Shown here in pieces: positions 12,301 to 25,317 of a DNA stretch of 64,000 nt (position 1 is its first letter; every line of letters starts with the position of its first letter). The position numbers were made by a program, and so were the translations under genes. This stretch comes from Marsupella aquatica (taxonomy: Eukaryota; Plantae; Marchantiophyta). The notes under the pieces were generated by a model. That model was not told the DNA's origin. It worked only from the letters and a program-made list of their open reading frames with translations, and made no database searches. Location of the stretch: assembly GCA_973895155.1 (NCBI GenBank), contig OZ316893.1:8270963-8334962 (forward strand), read 5' to 3'.

Positions 12301-14793
12301 CCCCACCACAACATATGTGCATTAAAAATTACTCATGTGCACATAAAGGAGAAGAGTATATTATGTATGACTATTAAAATGATGAATTTTTTTTTTCATT
12401 TCATTTACCTTCAAAGAATAATGATAGAAAATATATTTTGATAATTTTGTATTGTACTCTCTGCTATTTACGTTCAAAGAACGGGTAGTCGGGGCTAGTT
12501 TCTTATACAACACAGAATTGAGGAGATGTTCTTCAGGCATGAAATTGTTTTGGACCTCCCCAGTTGACCTGATGGCCTACAATTAGAGACAGTATGTGCA
12601 CAAACATAAATCTGCCCACTCTGGATCAGTGAAGTTTGTTAGCTTGTTGAACTAGCTTGTTGAACCACCCTGGCAATTTAATCATTGACTTTAATACATC
12701 CTTGACACCAAGTTTGGATCAGTATACATCATGCCTAATGTCTCCAATTCTTAAAAATTGAAGGAGGCCCCACTATTGTAATCAGCAGAAGTAGCCTGGT
12801 AAATGAGCATGCAATCATGCTCTTCCTCATTAATCAGTCTGTCATTGTCAGTATGATTATCCACCTTGTTTGAGGCTAACAATTATGCCATCCACACACA
12901 GAAACCGAAACCCGGCCCCTTTATCATTCTCATGGAATTGTGCAGTGGCATCTTGAAAGAAAGGAATGTTGCAACCTACTTTCACTTACTTTGCAAACTC
13001 CCAGGTTGGGTGGCCCTCTGCTATACCAAATTTCACTTAAACTCTATGATTGATATCTTGTCAGTTTGACAAGAAGCACCAACAGCTTAAGACTGCTTTA
13101 GAACAACTTCAGGCTATCCTCAAGCCTTGGGAGAAGACTGAAAGCCATGTTTCCTTGAGCAATAATGATGAGGAAGATGACAGTGGAGCATGGGCACCGG
13201 GGGTGCACAACCTCTAGCATTTGCAAGATCAGAATGAGCCCAACAGCCAGCCTAATTTGGGGGTTGTCTCCTATTTCAAGGTTATGAGAACGGCCAGTTG
13301 CCTGCAATGTGACAACCAACTGCATTGGGCACTGGCTGGTAGGAATTACAGATATAGTAACGTGTTAATGAACCAGAGCATTAAGAGTAAGATTTGTGCC
13401 CAAGACAATGGGTTGGACACCACTTGGTGCTTGTTCTGCACTCCTTGGCCTGATTAGTTTGGCATTGTTGTGTGTTGGTTGTCTCATTGGTTGTGTTTGC
13501 AGTGGGCTGCCGTGTGCTGTTGTATGCTATCAAAAACAAATATCATCAAATATATGCTAAAAACTCGGTGTTCGTTCTCGTGGAAGAACAAGAATGGGAT
13601 GAAAAGATGTTTTAAAAGTGTTTTGAGTGGTTTAGAGATGGTACTCAACATCTATAAAAAATAGGATCTTAAACAAAACACAAAATAGGAACAAAAGTGA
13701 CATTTGCTGAATAATAGAATCTTAGAGCTTTTAGAGGTATATTTTAACAATATTTAACTCCGTCACCATGTCTTAAGAAAGAGCTATGGCATCATTTGAG
13801 ACGTTGATAAGTCAAACATAACCTTGCTATAACTGTTCTCTAGGTTTCTATCATAAATCTACGTTTAAGAAGTGTCTATGCTCACAAAACCCAAGATAAG
13901 TTTCAGATTGTGTATATAGTAGTGTTGTCATTAAAATGCTTGCAACGTTTTCTTTTTCAGCGATGCGCAATTCCAAAGGAAAACTAATACACATTCAGTA
14001 TACCACAATGGTACTTCAAATTCATGAATTAAGAAATGTCGTTACTTCTTAACATATAGATTTCTCTTTCTTGATTACATGCAATACTTATCTTCCAAAG
14101 ATAAGTCCTTCATGTAAATACAGAACTTGACAACAAATGTTGTAGTTTGAATTAGGCACCGACCAACGGATCTTCTAATACATTTCACAAACTGTATTTT
14201 TATGGGTTTTACTTCTTACGATAATTGCAACATGCATTACCATACAAAGGAGGGGTAGACTCCTAGCACAAGTAATCAAATTCCAAAGCATGCAAATCTT
14301 GTTTACAGAAATTACACGTACAAGGGACAAAACTCCAAGATGAGGAGATGCAAATAACTATCCATATTGTCTCAAAATGAGACCAGTATCACAATAAGTA
14401 CACGAGATCGCCCACGGCTAAGGAGAATGAAGAGACATGCCTCTTCATTTCCTAAGTCTAAACTAAGTAAAACTTTGACTAAGGGATAGTCAAATAGTCA
14501 AAGCTAAATAAAAGTCTACAAAACACAATACTAATCTCATACTGTAATAGGAGGAGGGTCGACTATAAGTAGAGGGAATCGAGCTACATAACCAAGGGCT
14601 ATTTTCCCTTTGGTCTTCTGTCCCTTCAAATACTGTCGACAGAAAAGGTCCTCACGATAATGAATCAAACGGGGCTCATTGGTCTTCCGATGGGATGTCC
14701 ATCCAGTCTGATCCAAACAAAGTAATCTGATGGCCACAGAATGTCTGGAGCTAGAAGAGGGAAAGGTGCAATGACCTTTCTATAGTGATAAAC

Positions 14794-16424
14794 CTAACTC
14801 CAAAGGTCAGGAGTCTCAATCGTGGGTAGTCTCAGCTTGTCGATAGGTAGCCATAAAATACCACGAGAAATTGAAACCATGTCGTAGGTGCATGGAAAAG
14901 GAAAAGACTCACAACCAAACATAAGTGGAGATAAAGGATGTGCAAGAGGAGTGCGTGCGTCGATGAGTGACATAATCATCCTATCAAACTGGGCGGGAAA
15001 GACAAAAAGAGGCTCAATGTCGACAACATAAGAGACAATAGGAGGCTGAGACATCAGAGGAGTAGGAGCTATAAATGGTACACTAGGGGGATCTACAGTC
15101 TCAGGCTCAAGCTTGGTCTCGAGAATAGGCTCAGGAATGGGTTCATTTCCTTCCCTGGTAGGAGAGGAAAATGAATCATCAAGGGGTGATAGGGTGGTAT
15201 CCTCAATGGGGGTGGTATCCTCAAGGGGGGGAAATGGATCTGGAGGGGGTACTGGTGAAGGGGGTAAAGGCTTAGGGGTAGGAGATGGAGGATGCTCAGG
15301 TGTAAATGTAAGAGGGACAAGTGAATCGATAATAGGAGAAGGAATGGGATCAAGTAGAGGGGGTGTAGGTGTGGATGGAGGAGGGAGTGAAGGATCAGCA
15401 ATAGGTATCTTTGGCTCATCCACATCCATAGGGTGATCAGGCTGTGGTGAAGGTGCAGGGGGTGAAACATGAGGGGGTGGTGTGGTACGAGACTCGGAAA
15501 GCAAAGTACGCAAAGTACGAATACAGTCAAGTAACTGTAGGGAAGTACAACCCAAGAGTCTAGTGGCCTCATCTACCAAATGCTGGTTGAAACCAGCCAC
15601 ACTAGCTAGTCTCTCGTCATCACCAACAAATCAGTCAATGACGTGTAAGAGGTGGAAGTAACAAAAGAGGGAGAAGTCATCCCTGGTAAATCCAATGCTG
15701 ACGTCTGCTCCACTAGAGGGGGTCTCGGAGATGTCATCGGTGGTGGAGTCAACTCTCTCGCTAACTCTGGCTGAGGGAGCTCAAAGTGTCTCACTCTCCT
15801 CCTCCAATTGCTCAGCTCCACTAGTAACAAGCAGCCTCTCGAAAAGTAAATGTGTGCCAAGTAGGATGTGAGATATGTATCACCGGTAGTAGATAGGACA
15901 GCCACCTGCTTGGCGATCACCTCCAAAAGAGCTAGGGCCCAGTTGATCCTCTTCTTGCCAGTCCATGAAGCGATGATGGAGCTGGTCAAGTAAACCATAG
16001 CCTTGGTGGGTTTGGTCGGATGAAAGATAGGTACAAGGAATCAAAGTAGATGAGCTAACTCTCGGTTCCTGCACTAATCAATCTTCCAACCACACCTCCG
16101 GTTCCTGGTACCTCTAAAGTAGGGGACAGTTAAGTCCTCCCCAACAAAAATCAGTCTCTTTCCCTCCTGGCTCAACTGGTACACCTCAGAAACAATGGCG
16201 GGGTTACAAACATTAGCTGAACCTCTAGTAGAACTCCAAAAAGCGCAGCTCGGGGAGGACAAAGAAAATCGGCAATGATGGACCCATGTACCATATCCCA
16301 AGGAAGGAAAAGTAAGGAACTCAAGCCCATCTCTACCAGGTTGCTAAGGAGTCAAAAGTAAGCCTTAGGAGCTGGGGGTAAAGTCACCCTAATGGCCTTA
16401 TTGATTGATAATTCCGGTGGCCAT
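14794..16424 (-). mobile_element. Disrupted accessory ORF of an LTR (Ty3/Gypsy-type) retroelement with Pro-rich C-terminus
   Basis: Collinear fragments across stops and frameshifts: MGLSSLLFLPW / VSEVYQLSQEG..YFRG..GWKID* / FLVPIFHPTKP..INWA..YLAHIY..E, then a 268-aa Pro-rich tail. Resembles repeat-associated ORFs I recall from early land-plant retroelements. No RT or integrase seen nearby. Confidence 0.5.
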
Positions 16425-16859
16425 AGCTCAGAAAATCTGAGAAAACTCGAGAGCTCTCCTCCTAAAAATGGCTAAGCATTGAGAATCAAGAATGAGATCT
16501 CAGGGATCTAAGGTAGCTGCGCTTATGTGGGAGCAAAAATGAACTGAAAAGAGATAGAAATGAAGGAGTTCTGATCAGGCGAAGCCCTCGAATCTGTAAT
16601 TTCTCCATTTTCAAGAAATCAGAGAGCATCAATGACTCAATACTCCTCAATGTCTCATCAATGGCAATTCAGAAACGGGGTGAACAATCTCTAGGCAGTT
16701 GCGCTGCTATAGCAAGTGGAATGAGATCAAATGGAGGTCTAACGAATGAGCATCGAAGGTCAAAGCCGAGGTCAAAGCTTGCGCCCTACTGCTAGTTGCC
16801 ATGGACGTCCTTGAATAAAAATGAAGAAAAAGTGTTCGGGCCAGCGCGGACATCACATT

Positions 16860-17170
16860 AGGTCGTGGCAGGGTGGACGTCCCTATGTGGAGGCCATCCA
16901 AGACGTCCTCGAGTTTTCCATTCGGGCCGTCGTGGGAGGCATCGGGCGTCCTTGGGTGAAAAAGTGGACGTCCAAGATGTCCTGGCGTGGGGGCCGTCCA
17001 AGCCGGCGCCGTCCTTGCCGTCTTTGTGAGGAGGCCATCCAAGACGGCTGCCATCCCGGCCATCCCTGTGTGGAGGCCGTCCAAGCCAGCACCTCATTTT
17101 TGAAACTTTTTTGATTTCTTGCCGTCTTGACGCCTAATATGTGAAAGCCAGGGTGGCCTTGACGTCTTCC
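16860..17170. repeat. GC-rich short repeats upstream of the accessory ORF
   Basis: TG(T/A)GGAGGCC(A/G)TCCAAG(A/C)C at ~16886, 17026 and 17068, a variant at ~16988, and several GGACGTCC palindromes. Confidence 0.75.
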
Positions 17171-20099
17171 AATGGTATCCTTACCCATTTGAGTTTAAAC
17201 TAACTTAATTTTGCTTAAAGGGCCTTATAAAAACTTTAAAATTTTAAAATTTTAATGGTTTTGATACTTTTAACTCTCCTTTGGAATAATCACCTAATTA
17301 CATGTGCACTTCTCAGGTGGCTTCCATCCACGGGTGCATCAGGAAATTGGTACCCAATTGAATGTAACAACTGGTGGGAGGTACAGATACTTCATTGCAG
17401 AAACACCAACATGGTGCAGAGTCTTTGGCCCTTTTTTGAAAACTCATTGCGTAGCTTTTTGTTCATAAAATCAACTACATCAAAGAGAAGTTGCACTAAG
17501 AAGACATGGCCATTCCTTCAAAGACGGTCATTAATTCCTTGCTTTGTTCCTAATCATCATATACACAAATTTCATGACTGATCAACAACGGTGCATAGCT
17601 AGCTTTCACTAAGAGGTTTCTCCATTCAAATAGATTTGGCTTGTTCTCGTGTTATATACCCTGTGAAGTCTCTTCAATATTTCTTTCCATTATTGAGGTC
17701 CATTTAATGAAGCCTGCTCCAACATCCTCCAACAGGTCCAACAGCATAACGCTGAAATTGATATTCACCGTGCATCAAATGAATCCTCCAAGATGCGAGA
17801 ATATGCAGAAACAAAAGTTAACCAGAGTTGGTTACCATGGTCACTAAGGGGAGCTTGTAGTCAAAACGGGGTCTAATCATTTTGAACTGTCTATCTTCAA
17901 TGAAGAGAAATGACTAGAAACTGCATTGCATGCCCGATTGGATGTGTGTCTCAGAATTCACAAGAAACTAAATTACTACTCCCTAGATGGCATTGTTGAC
18001 GAGCCTTTGCTCTTTTCTAGATGGCATTGTCCATTGTCATAGCTCCAAAATACAGGCGCACTTGAAAGGGATTTTGAACTTTGTTGACAAGGGGCACATC
18101 TCTAGTGACAAACAGCTGCTAGGCGAGTTGCACAAATCGTGCGTTGCGCACAGTTCTCAAGAATGTGAACAGAATAGCACGGGCATTAAAGGACTTTAAA
18201 CTAGCTGGCAGAATAGAATGCACACCAAACTGATGGGACAACCGAGGCTACAAGTGTCCAAAAGAGTACAAGAACAATGAATGATGGTTGTATAATTGCC
18301 TCTAGTAGGCAAGCAGATGTTCCAGGACATGATTGTGGCAAGCAAGCAGATGTTACAGTTGCATTTGTCCGTCTTCACTATGATAGCTTGAAGAAGCAAG
18401 TGATCGAGTATCAATGCATGCTTGCTAACATGCAGAAGATCCAGAAAAGTGTCTTGGACAAATTGGCATAGCTCCCACAACATTGTAGATGGGAGTGCGT
18501 TTCAAACGTGTTGACTGATTTTGATTGGAAGTGACGTTCACTGCACTATGTACCCTACTGAATTTAATCTAGTGCATCAAATTCTGGAGGCATTCGGCAT
18601 TACCATGGAGCAGAAGGACAAGGTGGAATAGTTTTTCATAGTGGGGAAAGGGAGGCCAAAACAACATCATTCTACAGTCACGTGTTCGACAATATCTATG
18701 ATCGTAGAGGGGCCATGCTGAGAGCGAGTTACTATGCAAATTCACTATCACTTATTTGTTAATTATTATGGAAAGCTATCGTTGCTACAAATGGATGAAG
18801 ATGTCTGGACGCCCTTTGAATGCCAGCAGCCTGCATAATCATAATGCATTTAAAGCTAGCTCCTTTAACCTTGCCTATGCGCTTCTCAACCCCTTTGATT
18901 AGTGATAGAGTCCCCTCAATTTAACTCATCCCCAGATCTTGTGTGTCGTGAAGTCAAAGTTGGGATCTCTTGGAGTCAAAGCCGGGTCCTTTTGATTCCA
19001 AGTAAATATGGTGCTGATCTCTTAGACGCAGGGATATTGGTGATTTAAGCTTGTTGGTGATTGCCACTGCACATTTTATTCGATTGTTTGTTTCCTCTTC
19101 CGGCGTTTGCCATTATTTGTCTTCCTTTCGTTGCCATGATCTGTATCCTCTGCACTTTGCTCTTTTCCATCAATTTGATCTAGGCTCTCCATCAATTTTG
19201 TGCAAAATCTTCAGCTATTTAAGTCTAGGATAATTTTTCATCTAGAAAATCCTCTCTCCAAACAGGAGTAGGCAAGGTCGAGGCTGGAAGCTCCACTGAC
19301 ACCATTCTTCTTCTCCTCCTCCTCATCCTCCCTCTTCCTGGGCTTCCACTACATCATCGTCGTCAGAGCCGTAGCTTGCATCCACAAGCGACATGGCACT
19401 GAGCCAACCTTCCACAACAAAAGATCTAAACAGAGCAACACAGCAAACAAGCCACTTGTCCTCAACCAGTTGCTAAAGGACTGATACTCACAGAGCTTTC
19501 CTTTCACTTCAAGCCGATCAATTTCAAAGGCCCCAAATCTGATCTTGCAGATGCTCCGCCTCTTTGCGCATAGCTAAACGCTCTGCTTGGTTATGCTTAG
19601 ATGGGCTACTCCTATATTCACTAGTAGGACTTAGTTAATGAATGTAACTTAACATTTTTGTTAAAGAGTCAATTGAGAGATAAAATAAATTTAATTTGTG
19701 GAAAATCAGTTTGATGGATATGTTTACTAGAATTCATCAAATTTTTTTTGTGTGTTCTTGTGCAGATAATCTTTGTTGAAGTGAATCACATATTTCATGT
19801 GCCAACTACTTGTGTTTATTGGATGCTTGTGTGTTTATTGGATGATCAAATGTGCATGCTGTCTATGAATAGTCACCATTTATTAATACAAGACTAGTTA
19901 AGGGGATCTGCAAATTTGTAAAATAAAGAAAATTAAACATCTCCCCAATTATCAGCCACTCATCATTGATTTGACGGTACATTTGCTGTACTGCATTTCC
20001 ACGCTCGTGTGCTTATCGAAGTGATATGTCTACTTTCTTAGTCCCTAAACTTAAATTCCACTATATTTGAGAGCATTGACGTTTGTCCTAGTATAAGGA

Positions 20100-20925
20100 A
20101 TATACTGAAAGTGCAAAACAATGGAGAAAAATCTTACAAGGAAAGAAGATGGCAATTATTAAAAAGTACAAAAGAAAGCACAATGGATAAAGTAAACAAA
20201 GAGCCCGAGAGAAAGTTCAGAATATCCAAATTAAAAGAGTACAGAGGGAGTACAGACTACAGAGGTATCCTGTGCAGAGAGGATTGTGCGCTTAGGGCCT
20301 TAGTAGGCGGAGCCGATTGTACAGTAGATCCCATTCGATCGGATCCGCGTCAGCCCAGCGCTAATCCTAAGAAAACGTCTACTGCTCTAGCCAGTGGCCT
20401 GCCCGCCCGGTAGTCCAGTCACAACTCGGGCCGCTCCACACTCGTGCTGCCCGGTGACCGTGAGGCCCTCACCGCTTTCCCCTACACAATAAATTATAGC
20501 TATTCGGTGCATGAGTACATCCATCTATCCATGGTCGCATAATGTCGTGCATCATTATGAGCATGTGCGTGACATCCATTCAAGGGCATTATTTATTTTA
20601 CAGTACAGTAAAATAATGACCCTGCCCACACATCGATGGCAGCGCATCTGCTGCACATGACATGACGGTCATGTCATATCATGATGCTGGATCTCCCGCT
20701 GTGATGAGCCGTCGCTGTCCCTCCTGTACTTTTCCGTTGCTGTATCCCGGGCAGCCCGTCATGGCGACATCAGCGGTACCTGGCCAGCGGGAGACACAGT
20801 TGGCGGGAACTGCAGGTCCGGCGCCGTTAGGGCAGTGACCTGGCAGTCGCGGTCCGACCTGATCACTGTTTTGGCTTGCCGGTGTTGTGGAAATGGAGAC
20901 AATCTCCGTTCAGGGGTTACCACCA
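20100..20925 (-). mobile_element. Possible LTR-like segment (CpG-rich island in AT-rich DNA)
   Basis: Sharp composition change. Minus strand reads TGGTAACCCC..., then a TATA-like TATAATTTA, then a T-rich U5-like end. No TSD found. Confidence 0.3.
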
Positions 20926-22217
20926 CCACCATTTTTAATGGTTTATACGAAAGGAGAAGATGGTACATAAATTCCGTTGCTTAAATTAGTTATTGACCCT
21001 CTAGATCCTGGTCTATTTAAGGGTACTAATGTCACTGATGTGAGAGGAGGAGTTGCTAGAATTTTGAACTCTTAAGTCGGAAAAACCTTAGCTTATTCTA
21101 GTAGTGGACCAGCACAGCCCAAATGACTACAATAATACTTTTCTTTGTATTCAGGTAGTATTCCTTTCCCTTGGTGAAAACGTGCACATTTCTTGGGGCG
21201 GGAGTGAAAGTGGTTTATATGGATAGGCAAGGTTCATGGGATTGGTCCATCCGAGCATTGATTTCTTATAAATAATAATCACAATAAATTATTTAATTTA
21301 AAAAATTATTACAATTCCACTCTTTGAATATTAAGCCCAGACAGAGGGGTTTATTCTTCCCATCCCCATGCAGTGTTTAAACTAATCAATTGACAATGGA
21401 CAAAAACTGACTAAGTGCTTCTGGATTGGACACGTGCCTTGTGCTTTGACGCATTGAGTACTTTGTCCTGGCACCGTCCAATAGTAAACTATTGATTTTT
21501 GGGCTTGTGCAACTATTTGGACAACTTTTAGATCTTTGTTTAAATTCAAATTTTGCCACCATGTTCTCTGGTGCCCCATCTATCATCTCACAAAGTTTAA
21601 GAGATCATTTGTTCCATGTTTGATGGATTAACAGTTTTAAGAATGACTTTTTTGAATTTGTGAAGGAGGCCTAAGGTAATTTGGGCATGAGGAGTAACTT
21701 AGCACCAGTAAAATAGGCTGGAAATGGTAAGGCTTGGGTTACAGGTCAGCTTTCAGTCAAGACCACAAAAGGTGGGACTGAGTGCTATTTAGTTGTTCTA
21801 CCAAGCTTTGGAGATCATAGGCGCTTCATAACAAACCCCTAGGTCCATCCAGGTTTTATTTTCTCAACTCTTCACTGACATGGATGTTTTGTCAGCCCCA
21901 ACTACCATCTTACCAATATAGCATTGTTTGCAAAATGTCATGGTATCCACAAACAGTCACGTCCCTCGAGACACCAGGACAAAATCCAGGAGCTGCAGAG
22001 TGTCAGTGCGTGATTGGGGGGAAATGCTACCAAAAAGTTAGTCCATGTAAGTTTGTGAGCCATCAACTTATTAAAATAACAGTCCACTAGTTCGACTTTG
22101 ACCCTGTTGCCTTGCAAGCTCCTCTCCTCTCCTGTAGTGCCTAGTGTCATTTCATGCCTTTGGCCCAATTGCCTCTTTCCCAAGTCCCCACCGTATTGGG
22201 CAGCTGCCCTCGAATGA

Positions 22218-22720
22218 TGGTGGGGGCTACCACTCGCCCAAGCAGATTGAAGGTTGAATCTGGTTGGGTCCAACCAGATAGGGTGGCTTTATTAGATGTC
22301 CTTATCCATTGCTTTTGAGATACATTTTATAATGAGTGCAAACTGCTAAAGTTGGCTTGGGGAGAACGAGGGGCCTTTTCAGGTATGGTGTATATTGCTT
22401 CTACATGGCATGGCAAGTAGTGGGCCCAAGGAAACTGGTTAGAGTAGGTAGGAGGGAAAGCCTGGCCACCTTTTGCCAAAGCATTGCAGTGAGGTGGAAT
22501 TTTGGCTTGGAAGCTGCCTATAGGTGAACAGCTATCTAATGCTGGTGGGGGCTACCACTTACCCAACCAGATTCAACCTGGTTGGGTAAGTAGGATTGAA
22601 GGGGGCTTTACAGGACTCCTTACCCATTGCTTCGTATTGAAATTAAATGTGGACCAGAACGAGGGCCTATTCAGGTAGGGTATCTACTGCTCCTACATGG
22701 CAAGATTGGGCCCAAGGAAA
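22218..22720. repeat. Diverged direct duplication (~200-bp homologous blocks)
   Basis: TGGTGGGGGCTACCACT at 22218 and 22543. AGAACGAGGG..TTCAGGTA..CTACATGGCA..GGGCCCAAGGAAA at ~22363 and ~22656. Confidence 0.8.
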
Positions 22721-22934
22721 TGCTAATGTGGAGTGTCTATTTTGTTTAGAATTTTAGATCACATCATCAGGTGGTCCAAACATTTCTAAACTCTGGATTT
22801 TTCCTTCAATGGATTTGTATTTATTGAATTCGAAAGGTTTTTGGAATGGACTCTATCTTCAGAATCATAAGTGGCCCTCCTGTTTGCTTTCAATTTGTGG
22901 AAAAAAGTCACCGATGAGCCCCCACCACTGCACC

Positions 22935-22965
<31 letters not shown>

Positions 22966-24990
22966 ACCTTGTAAAGCCACAGGGTTGCGGCCAGGCTCTC
23001 TGTCTTACATTAGCCAATTTCCCACCTAGCCAGACCCCATGAGCTAGAATCCTACAGTTGTCCTTAAATATATGGAGATCTGATGGTCAGATATAGATCT
23101 AGGAAAATCAAATGAGGAATATTCGTACTATCTTTTCCTTCAATAACAAAAATTAATAAACCTTAAAAAGTAACCCAGAGAACTGGTTAGGTAAAAATGA
23201 GTAGAGTGGGTAAGTGGTACAAACGGTACATCCAGGCACAAAACTGCACACGGTACGCTGATAGGACAGGAGCCCATATGGTGTGTGAGCCAAATTTTGT
23301 TATATCTTCATTTTCATTTTATGTCCTGTTTTGCTTGTGGTTTTGCTTTGTCAGGGAAACCAGAGTTCTTAATTGACTTCACCCAACCCTGGGACGTATG
23401 AGTCTCCTTAAAATGAGGGCCCAAGCAGGTCACTCGGATGAAGTGACTTCAGGACACTCTCATTTTTTGTGGAGCTGACTTCACACATTCACACGTAGTG
23501 GGGCAGCACCCAAAAATGCTGGTTCACAGAGAACTCAGGTTGAGTCTAGTCCTCTCACCTTGTGCAGTGCTGTTCCATATCTCTGAGCTTATGACTAACT
23601 CCTCCTTCCTTGATAGATTCGATTCTCGATCAAACTCAAGATTGGATTCAAAACATGAACACAATGTTAAATCCATGAAAGTGTGACCTATGGGAGGCTC
23701 ATGGGCCAAACATTCAGGTCCACCACGGCTTTATTTTGGAGTAGGTACCGGGTAGGACAAAGTGTATTTGTTTAGGGAAACCACCTTAAGCTGGGCACGC
23801 TATGCAAATCGCTTTGCAATAGGAAAGAAAGGTCCGGATAGAGACAAAGTTTGACTAGGGATGATCAGATGGACTCACAGAACTTCCAACAAACACTGAC
23901 CAGTATAATATTGTACTCCCACGTACTCCCAAACACTATTTACAGTTTTTTTAGAGTATTAAGGTCTTGTTTTGTTATATTATGGTTTGAGTGCGTCAAT
24001 TCCAACGGAAACCAGTGTGTCAATTCCATTCGAGATCAACCTTTGTATCCATAGGGATTTCCTTACTTGCCTAAAAAACTCTCTATTGTTTTTGTAAAGT
24101 TTGTCTTATCCCCTTCTATTGGGTCCCCTTGGGTGTCCTGCCTTCGTGACCCTGTCTCACCATTTGACTCTTTTTTGTCTCTTTGGCATTGTGACATATA
24201 ACTACCAAAGCACCATGCACACGTTAAATGTGAGATTTCACCTTTGTATTCTGGGTTTGGAAAGGGATTTATTTCTCCTTGGTATATAACTAGCAAGCAC
24301 CCCCCACATGTTAAATGTGAGATTTCACTTTTTTTCTCTTGAGTTGGAAGGGGGTTTATTCTTTTTGTTTGTCTTGAGCTATCAATCTGAATTCTATCCT
24401 CTTGGGCAAGATTACAATTGTGCAAACAGTTCCACAGTAGAGTGGACGGTGATGTGGTCCTCCTGGTCTAGCATGAAAGATACAGGTGAATCTGATTGCC
24501 CAGGTCGGGCCAGGTGTGGTGCTACTGTTCAATCTCATATGTTTACCACAGTGAATCACTGGTTAAACAATTACTATTTACCTCCCAAAATTGACATATC
24601 TGGGTTTTAACAGACTGCCATCTTCTTGATCAATATCACTACTTGCCATCATGAGGTTTTGGGTACCTTGATTTAAGGTCCATCAATGGTGTGGATAACT
24701 CATGGGGACTATCAAGTAACATTTTTCATTTTGGGGATACATCAAGTATATCTTTCTTAGGTGACTTGACCTTGGTTAAACCACAAAAGATCCCCAAGTC
24801 CCGTATTCCCAAAGAATTTTTTTTAAATCATCTTTCTTTAAATTAATTTCTCTCATTTGTTCAGAAGAATTCAAATCTTTTGTTCCCAGGGCCATACAAT
24901 CTGTCGTGACTAACCAGGGCTAAGTGACTTAACCTATGATGAAGAAGATTGTAGATCAATGTAAAAAGAATATAACACTAAAATGAGGCA

Positions 24991-25317
24991 TGTTGAATTA
25001 TGACGTCTTCCTTCATGACGATACGATCATGACCCATCACATGCACATGTAGTCGACACAATTCATACGTGGTTCACCTCTTCTCCAAGGCTACGTCCAC
25101 ACGAACACTTTACTTCAAAGTAGTCGAACACACAAGCTCTCTATCTCTTCCTCAAGTTGCTTCGTTACAATGAGCAAGCACTACTTACCAGCAGCTTACA
25201 TTAGCCCTGGTATATGCAAGGTCACACACGACTAACCTAACCTCAGCTAAGTCCCTAATTGAAGTTAACCTAATTACCTTAACCTTTGAGTCACAAGATT
25301 AAGAACAATCCTTAACA
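24991..25317 (-). mobile_element. Solo LTR (Copia-like), 327 bp
   Basis: TGTT...AACA termini flanked by a perfect 5-bp TSD AGGCA (24986-24990 and 25318-25322). Internal minus-strand GTGGACGTAGCC...GAACCACGTA motif is typical of plant Copia LTRs. Confidence 0.85.

Noticed and set aside
10380-13700. Possible DNA-transposon remnant
   Set aside because: CpG-depleted and repeat-like, but no transposase motif, TIR or TSD identified.
16707-17188. Four overlapping ORFs of 79-125 aa
   Set aside because: GC-rich repeats depleted of stop codons; no recognisable domain.
18600-18700. KH-like IVGKGG..NI fragment
   Set aside because: Requires a frameshift and is flanked by stops; too short to support.
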